A stretch of 63,946 bases of DNA, counting the filler, from Octopus bimaculoides (taxonomy: Eukaryota): NCBI RefSeq assembly GCF_001194135.2. It is 5 parts of 5 records of this genome, joined end to end, with 100 filler letters (N's around TTAATTAATTAA, not from the genome) between each part and the next. Parts side by side here need not be neighbours in the genome. Positions count along the whole stretch, not along the records: positions 24,508 to 42,376 come from NC_068981.1; positions 42,477 to 62,784 come from NC_068984.1; 3 more parts are not named here. One strand, 5' to 3'. Below the pieces are notes generated by a model. The model had not been told where the DNA came from. It made no database searches and worked only from the letters and a program-made list of their open reading frames with translations. Positions 39,075 to 51,564 of the stretch are shown piece by piece. A program made the translations under genes and the position numbers. Positions within the stretch are counted from its first letter, which is position 1; every line of letters starts with the position of its first letter.

Positions 39075-39352
39075 ACTCTTTTACTTGTTTCAGTCATTTG
39101 ACTGCGGCCATGCTGGAGCACCACCTTTAGCCGAGCAAATCGACCCCAGGACTTATTCTTTGGATGCCTAGTACTTATTCTATCGGTCTCTTTTGCCGAA
39201 CCGCTAGGTTACGGGGACGTAAACACACCAGCATCGGTTGTCAAACGATGTTGGGGGACAAACACAGACACACAAACATACACACACACACATATATATA
39301 TATATACATATATATACGACGGGCTTCTTTCAGTTTCCGTCTACCAAATCCA
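39075..39352 (-). mobile_element. SINE type A (runs into gap)
   Basis: Tail, microsatellite and GACGGGCTTCTTTCAGTTTCCGTCTACC centre, in reverse orientation. Confidence 0.88.
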
Positions 39353-40296
39353 NNNNNNNNNNNNNNNNNNNNNNNNNNNNNNNNNNNNNNNNNNNNNNNN
39401 NNNNNNNNNNNNNNNNNNNNNNNNNNNNNNNNNNNNNNNNNNNNNNNNNNNNNNNNNNNNNNNNNNNNNNNNNNNNNNNNNNNNNNNNNNNNNNNNNNNN
39501 NNNNNNNNNNNNNNNNNNNNNNNNNNNNNNNNNNNNNNNNNNNNNNNNNNNNNNNNNNNNNNNNNNNNNNNNNNNNNNNNNNNNNNNNNNNNNNNNNNNN
39601 NNNNNNNNNNNNNNNNNNNNNNNNNNNNNNNNNNNNNNNNNNNNNNNNNNNNNNNNNNNNNNNNNNNNNNNNNNNNNNNNNNNNNNNNNNNNNNNNNNNN
39701 NNNNNNNNNNNNNNNNNNNNNNNNNNNNNNNNNNNNNNNNNNNNNNNNNNNNNNNNNNNNNNNNNNNNNNNNNNNNNNNNNNNNNNNNNNNNNNNNNNNN
39801 NNNNNNNNNNNNNNNNNNNNNNNNNNNNNNNNNNNNNNNNNNNNNNNNNNNNNNNNNNNNNNNNNNNNNNNNNNNNNNNNNNNNNNNNNNNNNNNNNNNN
39901 NNNNNNNNNNNNNNNNNNNNNTATATATATATATATATATATATATATCTCCTCTTTGTTTATTTGATTTCTAATGTCTATTTTCCACGACTCTTGCACG
40001 TGTCAAAAATAATTACCGCTGTTGCTGTTTAACCCCAGTAAGTTCTACGTTCAAAGGACGCGGGTTCAACAACTTCCTTTTTGTAATGGATTTATTTTAT
40101 TTTTTAACATTTGCTTGTGGCCCACACGTATATCATATCTTACGTATAATAATATCCTCGTATCCTCCTCCATTTCCGTCTTTGACAATGTTTTTATAAG
40201 CAACTTACAAATTGTAACACAAAACACTATCTAAAGTTATTCAATAACCCACAAATACATTAAATACATTAATTTTTTTTAAATTTAGAAAATGTA

Positions 40297-40499
40297 TTAA
40301 GCCAACTTGAGCTCTTCAGCGGATACGAGAGTGCCTATACTATAAGTCCTATGTACTTTCACAAGCGAAGAGACTTCGAAAGTAGTAGTGTTCCATTGTC
40401 GTACACAATGAGATTGATACAATGAAGTGATACTCCAACCGGCATATTGATAGGTCCGCATCTGTTTGTGGTTCCACGAAGTTCGAGTCTTGACATTCG
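40297..40499 (-). other. Candidate exon after a strong poly-T acceptor
   Basis: T-run (about 25 nt) plus CATTTTTCTCAAG acceptor, followed by about 200 nt of non-repetitive sequence with open frames of 46-67 codons. No homology recognised. Confidence 0.25.
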
Positions 40500-41757
40500 C
40501 TTGAGAAAAATGAAAAAAAAAAAAAAAAAAAAAAAAAAGGGACACAAAACCTACCAAAATATCAAAATGATGAAAACATTTGTGTGAGGCGTGTGAAGCT
40601 CTTTAAACTATAAAACTTGGAGAGAAAAATAAAACAGATACTGAAAACACCGCAAATTTCAAGTATGAGTAACTTTATGCCATGTGTATTTACACGCACT
40701 CACACATACAAACACACTCCTGGCTGGCCATTGAATCTACTGAGTTAATTCTCTGGTGGGCTTTGTCGTTCGTATCACCAAACAAGCTCGGGGTTCCAGT
40801 TTAGCTGCCGACTACTCAGCCTTGTACCAAATGTATTATCTTACACGTTACCAGTTGCAGATCTCTAGTGATAAGATTTTTGACCTGGCAGAAAACAGAC
40901 ATGCATGCTCTCAAACTACCATACATACAAATGTATGTGTACAAATATACATATGTATATGTCCACTTGGAGAAATGTTTTATAAAATGTAACTTGTCAT
41001 ACTCGTAATCGAACAAGATTTGAACGTAGAGTGAAGGAAAGGTTTCACTCCGTCCGACAAATGTCCATAAACATCATACCATAAGTTCGAACCTAATAGC
41101 AGATCAATCCGATTTAGACGAGGAACTCTTAACGGGGAATCAGGCTTGGATCACCGTTTATACTTTTATTTAATTGCCACTATAAAAGTATATATGGGGA
41201 AAATACAATTATTCGATGACAAATCAACATTGGGTGGACATGAGGAAAACCGGAATCGGAAGGGGAGGGCTCTTACTTAGGACTCTGAGGGCTGATGCAC
41301 TACATGGTCACCCAAACTACTAGAAATATCGGCCAAACTACACTTAACTCATACCTAGTTCTCAATATCCCTAAAAGACGGTCACACTTAGAATGATTTT
41401 AATAGCATGCCTGCTTGGTTAGGGCTAACCGGTCGGTGGAGTGGAGGCTAAACAACAACTACTACTACTACTACTACTACACATATTAAATGCTATGAGA
41501 ATCAATGTAATGAGGCAACTCTCATTAAATATATCGTACAGTTTACCTGGGAATATTTCGGTAATAGACATTAATTTCATTGCTGTCGCCACTCTCAGTT
41601 AAGAATTATATTCTCGGTGAGACTCACTGAATCACTTTTCTCACTGATCCTTTTTGTTTTTTTAACTCTGTCATTCCCGCCTTGTCGTGCATATCTTACA
41701 CCTCTTTATCGCTTTCCCTCATACGTGAGCGTGTGGATGAATAGATAGATAGATAGA

Positions 41758-41782
41758 TAGAATACCCGACGTTGCCCTGGCT
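41758..41782 (-). mobile_element. Possible Helitron-like 3' terminus
   Basis: Minus strand CCAGGGCAACGTCGGGTATTCTA resembles the CCGGGCAACGCCGGG...CTAG end of invertebrate Helitron-like elements; the terminus merges into (GATA)n. Confidence 0.35.
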
Positions 41783-42203
41783 GAAAAGAAGTTACAGTTT
41801 GTTCTTAATAAAGACACATTCTGTTTAATAGCTTTCACTTCAACCTATCTTTGAAATTGTTATCCAGTACGTTTGTAGCAATTTTGTTTACTATGCACTG
41901 AGCTACAGATATGCACTCAATAATACATTTTATAATTTGTGTAAATGATAATTATTTTACTCAATGGAATTAAGTAAAATCACAGAAAATCACTTTAAAA
42001 TATATTGAAAGAAGAAGCACTGAGAATAAAACCATTTGTGCAAATAGAAATTATTTTCATAATGTGTGGAAATTGGAGTACTCAGAACAAAGCAACATAT
42101 TCAAATAACAAAACTGCAATATATGAAGCAGTGATACAAATATATAGACTTTGCACATGACCAAGGATGGCAATGCCGAGAGAGAGAGTCTGTCTGGTTT
42201 AAG

Positions 42204-42243
<40 letters not shown>

Positions 42244-42245
<2 letters not shown>

Positions 42246-42376
42246 TTTTACTTGTTTCAGTCATTTGACAGCAGCCATGCTGGAGCACCGCCTTTAATCG
42301 AACAAATCGACTCCACGACTCATTCTTCGTAAGCCTAGTACTTATTCTATCAATTTTTTTTGCCGACCCGCTCAGT
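42244..42376 (-). mobile_element. SINE type A tail (truncated by gap)
   Basis: TTTTACTTGTTTCAGTCATTTGACAGCAGCCATGCTGGAGCACCGCC. Confidence 0.85.
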
Positions 42377-42476
42377 NNNNNNNNNNNNNNNNNNNNNNNN
42401 NNNNNNNNNNNNNNNNNNNNTTAATTAATTAANNNNNNNNNNNNNNNNNNNNNNNNNNNNNNNNNNNNNNNNNNNN

Positions 42477-42507
<31 letters not shown>

Positions 42508-42581
42508 TGTATGTATGCATGTATGTATATGCATGTATGTATGTATATGTATGTAGGTATGTTTGTATATATGTTTGTATG

Positions 42582-42615
<34 letters not shown>

Positions 42616-42921
42616 TGTATGTTCTTTCAAGCAGAGATGAAGTTCATAGCATATTTGACATAAGAGAAAACGCAATGGCGGAAATGAGTTACTGTAAGGA
42701 GAATTTCCTTGAGAAAGCTGACTCGGGAACAGATGCATTAAAACATTGATTCTTTCTCAACTTGAGAATCGTCTGCCTTCATTCATTCACATAACGCTTT
42801 TGTAAAACCGATGGAGCAGGCAATCATTGATGTGAAGGTTACTCTTACTTAAATACCACATGATAGAATATATTTTTGTAAGTGCATATACATGCATATA
42901 TATATAGAACATAGAACATAC

Positions 42922-43012
<91 letters not shown>

Positions 43013-43066
43013 TGTGTGTGTGCGCCTATGTATGTATGTATCTATCTATATATCTATCTTTCTATC

Positions 43067-43101
<35 letters not shown>

Positions 43102-43431
43102 ATGCATGTATGTATGTATATATATATATATATACACACACACGCGCACACAGAAACATGCATATATAAAGGTGTATTAATGTACCACCAAATATCTTGA
43201 CGCACGCATACGGACCCACACAGACACATACGCACGTGCCCATATACATACCACACACGCGCGCACGCACACACACATACACACACACATAGACACGCAC
43301 ACACACACATACATACACACACAAGTATAGGTGCATCAGTGCTTAAATATGTGTATATTCTTATAGGTTTCTGTGTGAATGAGTTTAAATTATTGGAAAA
43401 TTTATTTATTACTATTATCATTATTATTATT

Positions 43432-43622
43432 ATTGTTCAGTAGTTTTATTTTTATAACGTGCTTTCACTTCACTACCGAGCGCAGCTCTGTGCGCCTTGG
43501 GTATGTGCTATGGTTTGCTGTGGTGCTCTTATGTTTACTGTATTGAAAGTGTTTTGCGTAGGATGTGTGCAGTACCCAGTAGTGCAATTTTCTGTATGTT
43601 ATATATATTTGTAAGTCCTGGT
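43432..43622 (-). mobile_element. R4/Dong-type LINE, short 5'-truncated 3' end in a (TAA)n tract
   Basis: Minus strand encodes PGLTNIYNIQKIALLGTAHILRKTLSIQ*, then a 3'UTR and an (AAT)n tail. Same family as 50455-51055. Confidence 0.85.
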
Positions 43623-43634
43623 CATTACTATTAC

Positions 43635-43680
<46 letters not shown>

Positions 43681-44060
43681 GTTGTTGTTGTTGTTGTTGT
43701 TGTTGTTATTATCATCATCATCATCATCATCATTATTATTGNNNNNNNNNNNNNNNNNNNNNNNNNNNNNNNNNNNNNNNNNNNNNNNNNNNNNNNNNNN
43801 NNNNNNNNNNNNNNNNNNNNNNNNNNNNNNNNNNNNNNNNNNNNNNNNNNNNNNNNNNNNNNNNNNNNNNNNNNNNNNNNNNNNNNNNNNNNNNNNNNNN
43901 NNNNNNNNNNNNNNNNNNNNNNNNNNNNNNNNNNNNNNNNNNNNNNNNNNNNNNNNNNNNNNNNNNNNNNNNNNNNNNNNNNNNNNNNNNNNNNNNNNNN
44001 NNNNNNNNNNNNNNNNNNNNNNNNNNNNNNNNNNNNNNNNNNNNNNNNNNNNNNNNNNNN

Positions 44061-44304
44061 CCTCTCAACACATGGCTATGATGCTCCCCCACTACTTCTG
44101 CTCGTGTTCAGAGATGCACATATCGTCAGCCACCAAGGGACATGCTCAACTGGTTATGGTCAAACAGCTGACAAGCAAATCTGTGGTATTAAGCAGAATA
44201 TTTACTGTACCCCATCTTTTATACCAAGACAAAACAATGTACATGCTAACACTTCCAATCAATTAAGAAGCCATGAGAGCCACTGCCTGGTACTGCATCC
44301 GGGC

Positions 44305-44307
<3 letters not shown>
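44061..44307 (-). mobile_element. Unclassified element fragment starting at a (TAA)n tract (possibly a 5' UTR of an R4/Dong-type element)
   Basis: Non-repetitive 250 bp that begins exactly at the microsatellite edge and runs into the gap. Confidence 0.35.
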
Positions 44308-44359
<52 letters not shown>

Positions 44360-44420
44360 GTTGTTGTTGTTGTTGTTGTTGTTGTTATTATCATCATCAT
44401 CATCATCATCATTATTATTG

Positions 44421-47299
44421 TTATACACTCAACAAATTAGACCGTTGGAAAAAAACATCGGGCTAAAACAAGTTGCCTTAGATGCCAAGAACCCGCCTAA
44501 GTATCCGAGCTGTCCCTATGACAACGTTTTCTGCAGCTGTTTTAAACTGGTTTTATGCCTATTTTTATGTATCCATCTGTTCAGATCTTTAAGGTTAGTT
44601 TTCAATGCACCTATAACTACTGGGATACATTTTATCCGCACATTCCATAGTCTCTGTCATGCAACAGCTAGGTCCTGGTACTTTGCTATTTTTTCTATAC
44701 TTCTCATATTAATTTTTTCATCATTTAGGACTGTAAAGTCAATTATCTGGCCTTTTCTATTCTCTTTATCTACTACTACTACTACTACCAAATCAGGCCT
44801 TCTATCTTTCTATTACTCTGTCAGTCTGCATGTTAAAGTCCCACAACATCTTGTACTTCTTATTTTCTAATATCTTACTAGGTTCATAATCATAGCATTT
44901 ATCAGTATGTTCAACTCTTAGCTCTCTACATAACTCCCAGTGGATTGCTCTCCTTAGATTGTCATGTCTTTTCTTGTATTGTTTCTGTGCCAGCATGTTA
45001 CATTCACTTACTATATGAGTAACGCTTTCCTCTTTTGATTTGCATAATCTACATTGGAAATCTACTTCATTTTTTGTCTATTTTTGCTTTTATACAATTA
45101 TTCCTTGATGCTTGCTCTTATGCAGCTACTTACAAACTTTTTGTCTCCCTCTTCAGCTTTCCCTTCTGCAGCCATAACCATGTCCCACTACTACTATTTT
45201 CTGAAACTATCTTTGAGAATCTACCATGCAACGTCTTCTCATGCCAGTCAGTTAATTTCTGTTCTTTTTTCTTGTTTTTAAGTTCGTTTGGTGTTTTGTT
45301 TTCCCTATTTCTTGCTGTGACTCTAGCAGCTTTTAATAAACTTTCTTCACTATTACCAACACAGGAATCTATATCTACTCTAGCTAACTCCATGCAGTCT
45401 TCCACTGATATTAAGCCTCTTCCACCGTCTTTTCTAGGTAAGTATAATCTCGCTACTCCTGCCCTTAGGTGGAGTCCTCCATTCATATTAAATTCCTTCC
45501 TAGTTCTTCTGTCTAGCTTTGCTAATTCAGTTTTTGTCCAATCTACAAAAGCTGCTGAGTATCTAAGTAATGATACTGCCCAAGTATTTATAGCCTTCAC
45601 TCGGTTCGGACCATTTGGTTTTGACTTCATTAGCTTCCCCACTCTTCTGATGTACTCTTTCTCAATCTTCATATCTATAGTTAGTACTCTGTCAGATTCT
45701 AATACTCCTAGAAACTTATGACTCTCTCCTCCTTTCAATGATTTTAATGTCTGGCCATCTGATAATTGAAAGTCTTCGGCGTTGACTACCTGTCCCCTTC
45801 TCATAGCTAAATACTGCACTCTTCTCTACGTCAAATTCCATGCCTATATCTTTGCTGAAGTGTCTTATTAAGGAATATATCTTTTTGTCATTCTAACTAA
45901 AAAGTTTTAGATCATCAATGTAGAGCAAATGGTTATTTTTTCCATTATTATTTCTGAACTGATACCCTGCCTTTGCCTTCCTTGATACTAAACTGAGGGG
46001 GATCAAACACAGAACAGATAATAAAGGGGACAACGAGTCTCCTTGGAAAATTCCTGCAACCTTTCTGTTCTTCTGGTAGTAAATTCTGCTTGTCAAGGTG
46101 CTCGTAAATGCTTTCTGAAAGCATTCCTGTTAACAGCTTCCACACTAATGGTAATCAAGTGATTGGTCTATAGTTACTAGCTGTATTACCCTTGCTCTTA
46201 TCCATAATGAGCATTGTTCTCCCTCTAGTCATCCAATCTAGTATTATTCCTCCATTAAGGTAATCCTGAAGTTGTTCCCTCAGCCTCCCATGTAAAGTAC
46301 TGAATTTCTTTAGCCAGTACCTTTGAACTAAATCTGGTCCTGGGCCCTTCCAATTCGCATTTTTCCTAACACTTATTAATGCACTAGTTAATCTTAGATC
46401 TGGCTGCTTTTCAGTCGCTAGTTCTTCCCTCACTTTCTTTAACCATATTGCATCATCTCCATTATAATTGACTGGTTTATCCCAAATATTACTCCAGAAC
46501 TTTCTAGCTTCCTCTGCATTAGGTATCTCATCTTTTTATTTGGTTATAAAATCTCTTCTGGTCTGTCTCAAATAAGCTATTTTGTTGATATTGATCTATT
46601 CTTTTCTTATATCTAGAGAGCTTGCTTGCTACTGCTATGATATGCTGTTTCAACTCTTCTGTTACTGTCCCAGATCCTTTCTCATTGACTAAATATCTTC
46701 TCTCGAGGGAAGATTTGCATCTTGTGTTTCCTAACTTGTTCAGTTTTCAGGTTTCTGTTCTACTCAGATCTTGTTTTAAAGCCTTCCCTCTATTCTGTAG
46801 TCTACTTTTCCACATTTGCTCTTTTTAATCTTTCCCTTTGAGATATGTAATCTTTTGGTGACTACTACCCCTCCTGCATAGCTCAATAAGTTAGTGTCGC
46901 CTATACTTTTAGTATATATCCTCCTGATAACAGGATCTACTTTCCTAATCATTTCTTGTAGCTTCCTTCTGTTGATGTATTTTAATGCTGGCAATCTTTA
47001 ATGCTGGCAATCTTTTTCTTACTTCTTTACTCATTTCTTCCTGCAATTCATCTAAAATCTTCTGATCTTCCTCACTTAAATCACTTAAGTCGTTGGTGCC
47101 AGTTGTCCCTTCCTTATTGGTAGCGCTATTATCATTTATTCTTTCTTTAGGTTCTTCTTTGGTTTGAGATGTGTCTTATGTTGTTTGTCTTTCCCACTGC
47201 CTGGTCTTTCTTTTCCAGTTCTCTTGTGATCTCTTGTACCTCCAATTCTATCATCCAGTTTCCTTTCCTAATAGTATTAACTTGATCAACTAACTTTTG

Positions 47300-47303
<4 letters not shown>
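44421..47303 (-). mobile_element. R4/Dong-type non-LTR retrotransposon (RT, CCHC knuckle, restriction-like endonuclease), decayed
   Basis: [25 protein letters not shown] (45912-45923), RLYLPRKDGGRGL, CRLCKSKEESVTHIVSEC (45000-45053) and WDFNMQTDRVIE-RRPD are typical of RLE-clade R4/Dong ORFs. Frameshifts, an RT-internal deletion near 46055 and a 16-nt tandem duplication at 46981-47012. Flanked by (TAA)n on both sides. Confidence 0.9.
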
Positions 47304-47335
<32 letters not shown>

Positions 47336-47439
47336 TTATGTTTGACTTTTGTTTTCCATTTGTACAAGTTGGATCCAAGTCTCACCCAGAGACCTCAAGA
47401 GACAACAAGTTAGAAGTTCATGTAGGTGTTATGCCTAGG

Positions 47440-47441
<2 letters not shown>
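47336..47441 (-). mobile_element. Short 3'-UTR-like fragment of a third microsatellite-inserted element
   Basis: About 105 bp of unique sequence between two (TAA)n tracts, ending ...CAAAAGTCAAACAT(AAT)n on the minus strand. Confidence 0.45.

Positions 47442-47535
<94 letters not shown>
47442..47535. repeat. (TAT)n microsatellite
   Basis: Direct inspection. Confidence 0.95.
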
Positions 47536-47536
47536 T

Positions 47537-47940
47537 AGGTGGCGAGCTGGTGGAATCGTTAGCACGCTGGGCAAAATGCCTTGCGGCATTTCGTCTGTCT
47601 GTGTTCAAATTCTACCGAGGTCGACTTTGTCTTTCATTCTTTCGGGATCGATAAATTTAGTTGAACACTTTGGTCGATACAATCGACATAACACTTCCTC
47701 GAAATTGCTGACTTTATGAAACCATTATTATTTTTTCAGGCAACGATCTGGCAAAATCATTAGCACGCAGGACAAAATGCTTAGCGGCATTTCGTCCGTC
47801 TTTACGTACTGAGTTCGACTGCGGATGAGATTGAGTTTGCCTTTCATCCATTTGGGGTCGATAAAATAAGTATCATAAAATAATCAACTAGCTCCTTCCC
47901 TAAAATTTCAGGCTTTGTGCCTATATTAGAAAGGATTATA
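47537..47940 (+). mobile_element. Two tandem type B SINEs
   Basis: Heads at 47537 (GGTGGCGAGCTGG) and 47738 (GGCAACGATCTGGC), each followed by the core and tail. Confidence 0.75.
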
Positions 47941-48214
47941 AATAATATTAATACACTAACTTATTTGTTTTTGTACGTACCTGTGTTGTGTATCACACTT
48001 CAAAGAAGTGGCAAAACGAGAGAGAGGATGACAGAGAGAAAGAGAGAGAGTGAGAGAGAATGAGAGAGTAGGAAAGAGAGTGAAAGTGACAGTGGGTGGT
48101 GACGGCGTTCATGGCAAAAGAAGTAGATACATAGATTACCAGCAAAAAACAAAATCGCACCAGCCAGCATCACCACTACCTCCAAGCCCATAATGTATGT
48201 ATGTATGTATGTAT

Positions 48215-48440
48215 GTGTGTGGGTGTCTGTGTGTGTTTGTGTGTCTATGTGTGTCCCACCACCACCATTGCTTCACATTGGTGTGTTTGCGTCTCTGTAA
48301 TTTAGCTGTTCAGAAGAGACTGTTAGAATAAGCACCAGGCTTACACGGAATAAGTCCAGGGATCAATTTCTTCGACTAAGGGGTGGTGCTCTAGCCTGGC
48401 CACCGTCAAATGACTGAAACAAGTAAAAGAATAAAAGAAA
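48215..48440 (+). mobile_element. SINE type A tail
   Basis: GAATAAGCACCAGGCTTACACGGAATAAGTCCAGGGATC...CAAATGACTGAAACAAGTAAAAGAATAAAAGA. Confidence 0.8.
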
Positions 48441-48604
48441 ACCAGAAAAACATTCCGTACCACTAAACCAAGAAGGTTCTTTGAATATGTACGATGTATT
48501 TTAAGGCTAAATAGTAATTCTGTTTACGCTTGTGTAACAGACATTTTGGTTGGATTATTTAGTCATTGGTGTTACATTACTTTCTATATTCTGTAACTGT
48601 CACA

Positions 48605-48755
48605 ATATACTTTTCTCGGTCTGAAATTTTTGTGGGGAGGGGGCCAATTGTTTAGATCTACCTCAGTATACAACTGGTACTTAATTTATCGAGCCCCAAG
48701 GGACGAAAGGCAAAGTCAACCTCGGCAGAATTTGAACTCAGAACGTAAAGACAGA
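48605..48755 (-). mobile_element. SINE type B fragment
   Basis: GAAAGGCAAAGTCAACCTCGGCAGAATTTGAACTCAGAACG. Confidence 0.75.
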
Positions 48756-48886
48756 CAGTCATAATATACAAACATTTCTCATGGCACCAGTACACTGTTT
48801 ACAGATGCTTATATTTTAGTGTTTTCCTTGAATTTTTCACGAGTCCAGCTAGTTATTATTATAATTTAAGTGTCATAAAAAAGAAT

Positions 48887-48940
<54 letters not shown>

Positions 48941-49103
48941 GAGATAGAGAGATAGAGAGGTAGATAGATAGACTGAGAAGGAAAGGAAGAAAAAGATTAA
49001 CGTAAAAGAAATTAGTAAGTGAAGGCTGAAAAGAAGAGAGATGGTGAGAAGAGAGAGNNNNNNNNNNNNNNNNNNNNNNNNNNNNNNNNNNNNNNNNNNN
49101 NNN

Positions 49104-49174
<71 letters not shown>

Positions 49175-50454
49175 ATTCCCATAGCTATCTGTACCTTTGT
49201 GACGTTATTTGAATATTTCTTCGCGAAATCATTCCTTCCTCTTGTAATAAGATTGTTTCACCTGAGCACGTCAACGTCAGTATATGACTACATACGATGT
49301 AGGAACAATGTACGTTTGACATAAATCGGGGATGTGAAGAAATATATATGAAGTAAGAAAATGGATCTCCGTTGGTTTCGAGGAAGAGTATTCAACTGTT
49401 TGCTCAACTGAATTAACTTCTCATTCAGTTAACGCGTAAGTGGTTAGGTATTCCACAGACAAGTACAGCATTAACATAATGCTAAACTAACATCAGCGTG
49501 TCTCCTTGACATAGCTAGAAATTCCGGTATAATCCGTCTGACGAGCTTCGAAACTGTTTCCGTCCACCCATTTGACTACAAGGTATGAAGAGATGGCAAG
49601 ATTGTAGTAAATTATACCTGCTCAAGATGCCACTCAGTGGAATAGAACTCAAGTCCTATTGATTGCAAAGCGAACCTCTTAGCCATTCGACCATAGTGTG
49701 TTCATGCATAAATACATAAATACATGCATAAACACACTCACCCAAACTCATGCTTACACCCAGAATGGGAAATCTACTAGCTCCGAAGGATCGAGCGATT
49801 TCATCTTGTCGTGTGAAAATGACGTAATATCCACTATCGTGATGAAGTTATGCATTCATAATTGGTGTTGTCGTTTAGTATACAAGTGACTATATTTTCC
49901 AATGGGTCCTTTCCCGATTCCTAATTTAAGGTGGTATGGGGATATATGAGGCAAATTTAACAACTATAACTAGCAGTTCGAACGAATGCTCAAAAATTCT
50001 ACCTTCGTGGGCGCAAAGAAGAATTGTGTTGCTTTAAAGTTCCAGAGCTGCCTTGACCATTCGTGCCAATTACACGGTTTTGTATATCTCGAAATATATA
50101 TTTTTCAATATAGACTTTAAGACGTTAGAATGTGCTTTGCGAGATATTTAGCTGTTTTAATTCATTTGGTCGTCGACCAAACTTGCCTGTCAATCAACGG
50201 TTCTCTCGCTCTTTCTCTCTCCTGCTTTCTTCCTCACTCTGTCTGTCTGTTTTTCTCTTTTTACTCACTCACTTTTTCACACACAGACACTCTTTGTCTT
50301 ACACATTCTATTTCATATGATTGTTCAACAGGCATAAGAATTGACGCTTCAAGTTATTACTTAGGGAGGGGGATAAAGGAGGTTGTACGGTTGCCTGCAT
50401 ACATAACGTCGCATTAAAACCATTATAATAAAATTGTTGTTGTTATTATTATTA

Positions 50455-51055
50455 TTATTCAGTAGTTTTATTTTTATAACGTGCTTTCACTTCACTACCG
50501 AGCGCAGCTCTGTGTGCCTTGGGTATGTGATGTGGTTTGCTGTGATGCTCTTATGGTTACAGTATTGAAAATGTTTTGCGTAGGGTGTATACAGTGTCCA
50601 GTAGTGCAATTTTCTGTATGCTATATATATTTGTAAGTCCTGGTGTTTTTGTTATGTATTTGTCTGAATATTTTTCTATTATACCCAAGGCACCTACTAT
50701 GATAGGAATTGTTTCTGTTTTTAGATTCCACATTCGAGTTACCTCTATTTCCAGGTCTTTGTGTTTTGAAAGTTTCTCCATTTCTTTTAGGGAAACGTTG
50801 TCTTCCGCTGGTATTGATACATCAATTAGAAAGCATTTTTTTCCTTCATGATCTTTGACAACTATATCTGGTCTATTGGTCTTAATTTCTCTATCTGTGT
50901 GTATTGGCATATCCCAGAGTATGGTTGCTTTCTCGCTTTCTGTGACCTTTTCTGGCGTGTGTTTATATCATCTTTTTTTCTGTTGTTATTCTGTTGTTAT
51001 TCCATAGCTTCCAGTGTATATAGGTCCCAGCTCTGTCGTGTCTGTGAATATATTC
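50455..51055 (-). mobile_element. R4/Dong-type LINE, 5'-truncated (endonuclease domain plus 3'UTR) in a (TAA)n tract
   Basis: ORF 50557-50910: WDMPIHTDREIKTNRPDIVVKD...CFLIDVSIP...KEMEKLSKHKDL...IPIIVGALG is a PD-(D/E)xK restriction-like endonuclease. TAT repeats at both ends. Confidence 0.9.
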
Positions 51056-51109
51056 CTTATTATTATTATCATTATTAGTATTATTATTATTATTTTTATT
51101 TTTATCATT

Positions 51110-51335
51110 GAGGCGGCGAGCTGGCAGAATCGTTAGCACACCGGGCGAAATGCTTAGTGGTATTTTGTCTGCTGCTGCATTCTGAGTTCAAATTCTACCG
51201 AGGTCGACTTTGCCTGTCATCCTATTGGGATCGATAAAATGAGTACCAGTTGAGCATTGGAGTCGATGTAATCGAATATCCGCCTCCCCTAAAATGTCAG
51301 AACTTGAGCGTATAGTAGAAAGGATTATCATTATT
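51110..51335 (+). mobile_element. SINE type B, full length
   Basis: GAGGCGGCGAGCTGGCAGAATCGTTAGC...GAGGTCGACTTTGCC...GTAGAAAGGATTAT; TTA repeats on both sides. Confidence 0.88.
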
Positions 51336-51529
51336 ATTATTAGTGTTGTTATTTATATTTAGATATTCGTTTTATATAGATAACTAGATATTCATATATA
51401 AATACATACATTTATTATGTACATGTATGTATGTGTGTGGCTGTTTTTGTACATATGTGCTTGTAAATACGTAAATGCATGTGTGTGAGCATATACATGT
51501 GGAGGAATTTGTGAGAGTGCGTATTTGCA

Positions 51530-51564
<35 letters not shown>

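Noticed and set aside
42632-42749. Protein-like stretch RDEVHSIFDIRENAMAEMSYCKENFLEKADSG
   Set aside because: Single short frame after a microsatellite; no homology recognised and ambiguous splice sites.
49538-49564. Hammerhead-like core CTGACGAG-CTT-CGAAAC...GTC
   Set aside because: Stem I cannot pair, and the sequence aligns as a diverged type A SINE centre (GACGGGCTTCTTTCAGTTTCCGTC).
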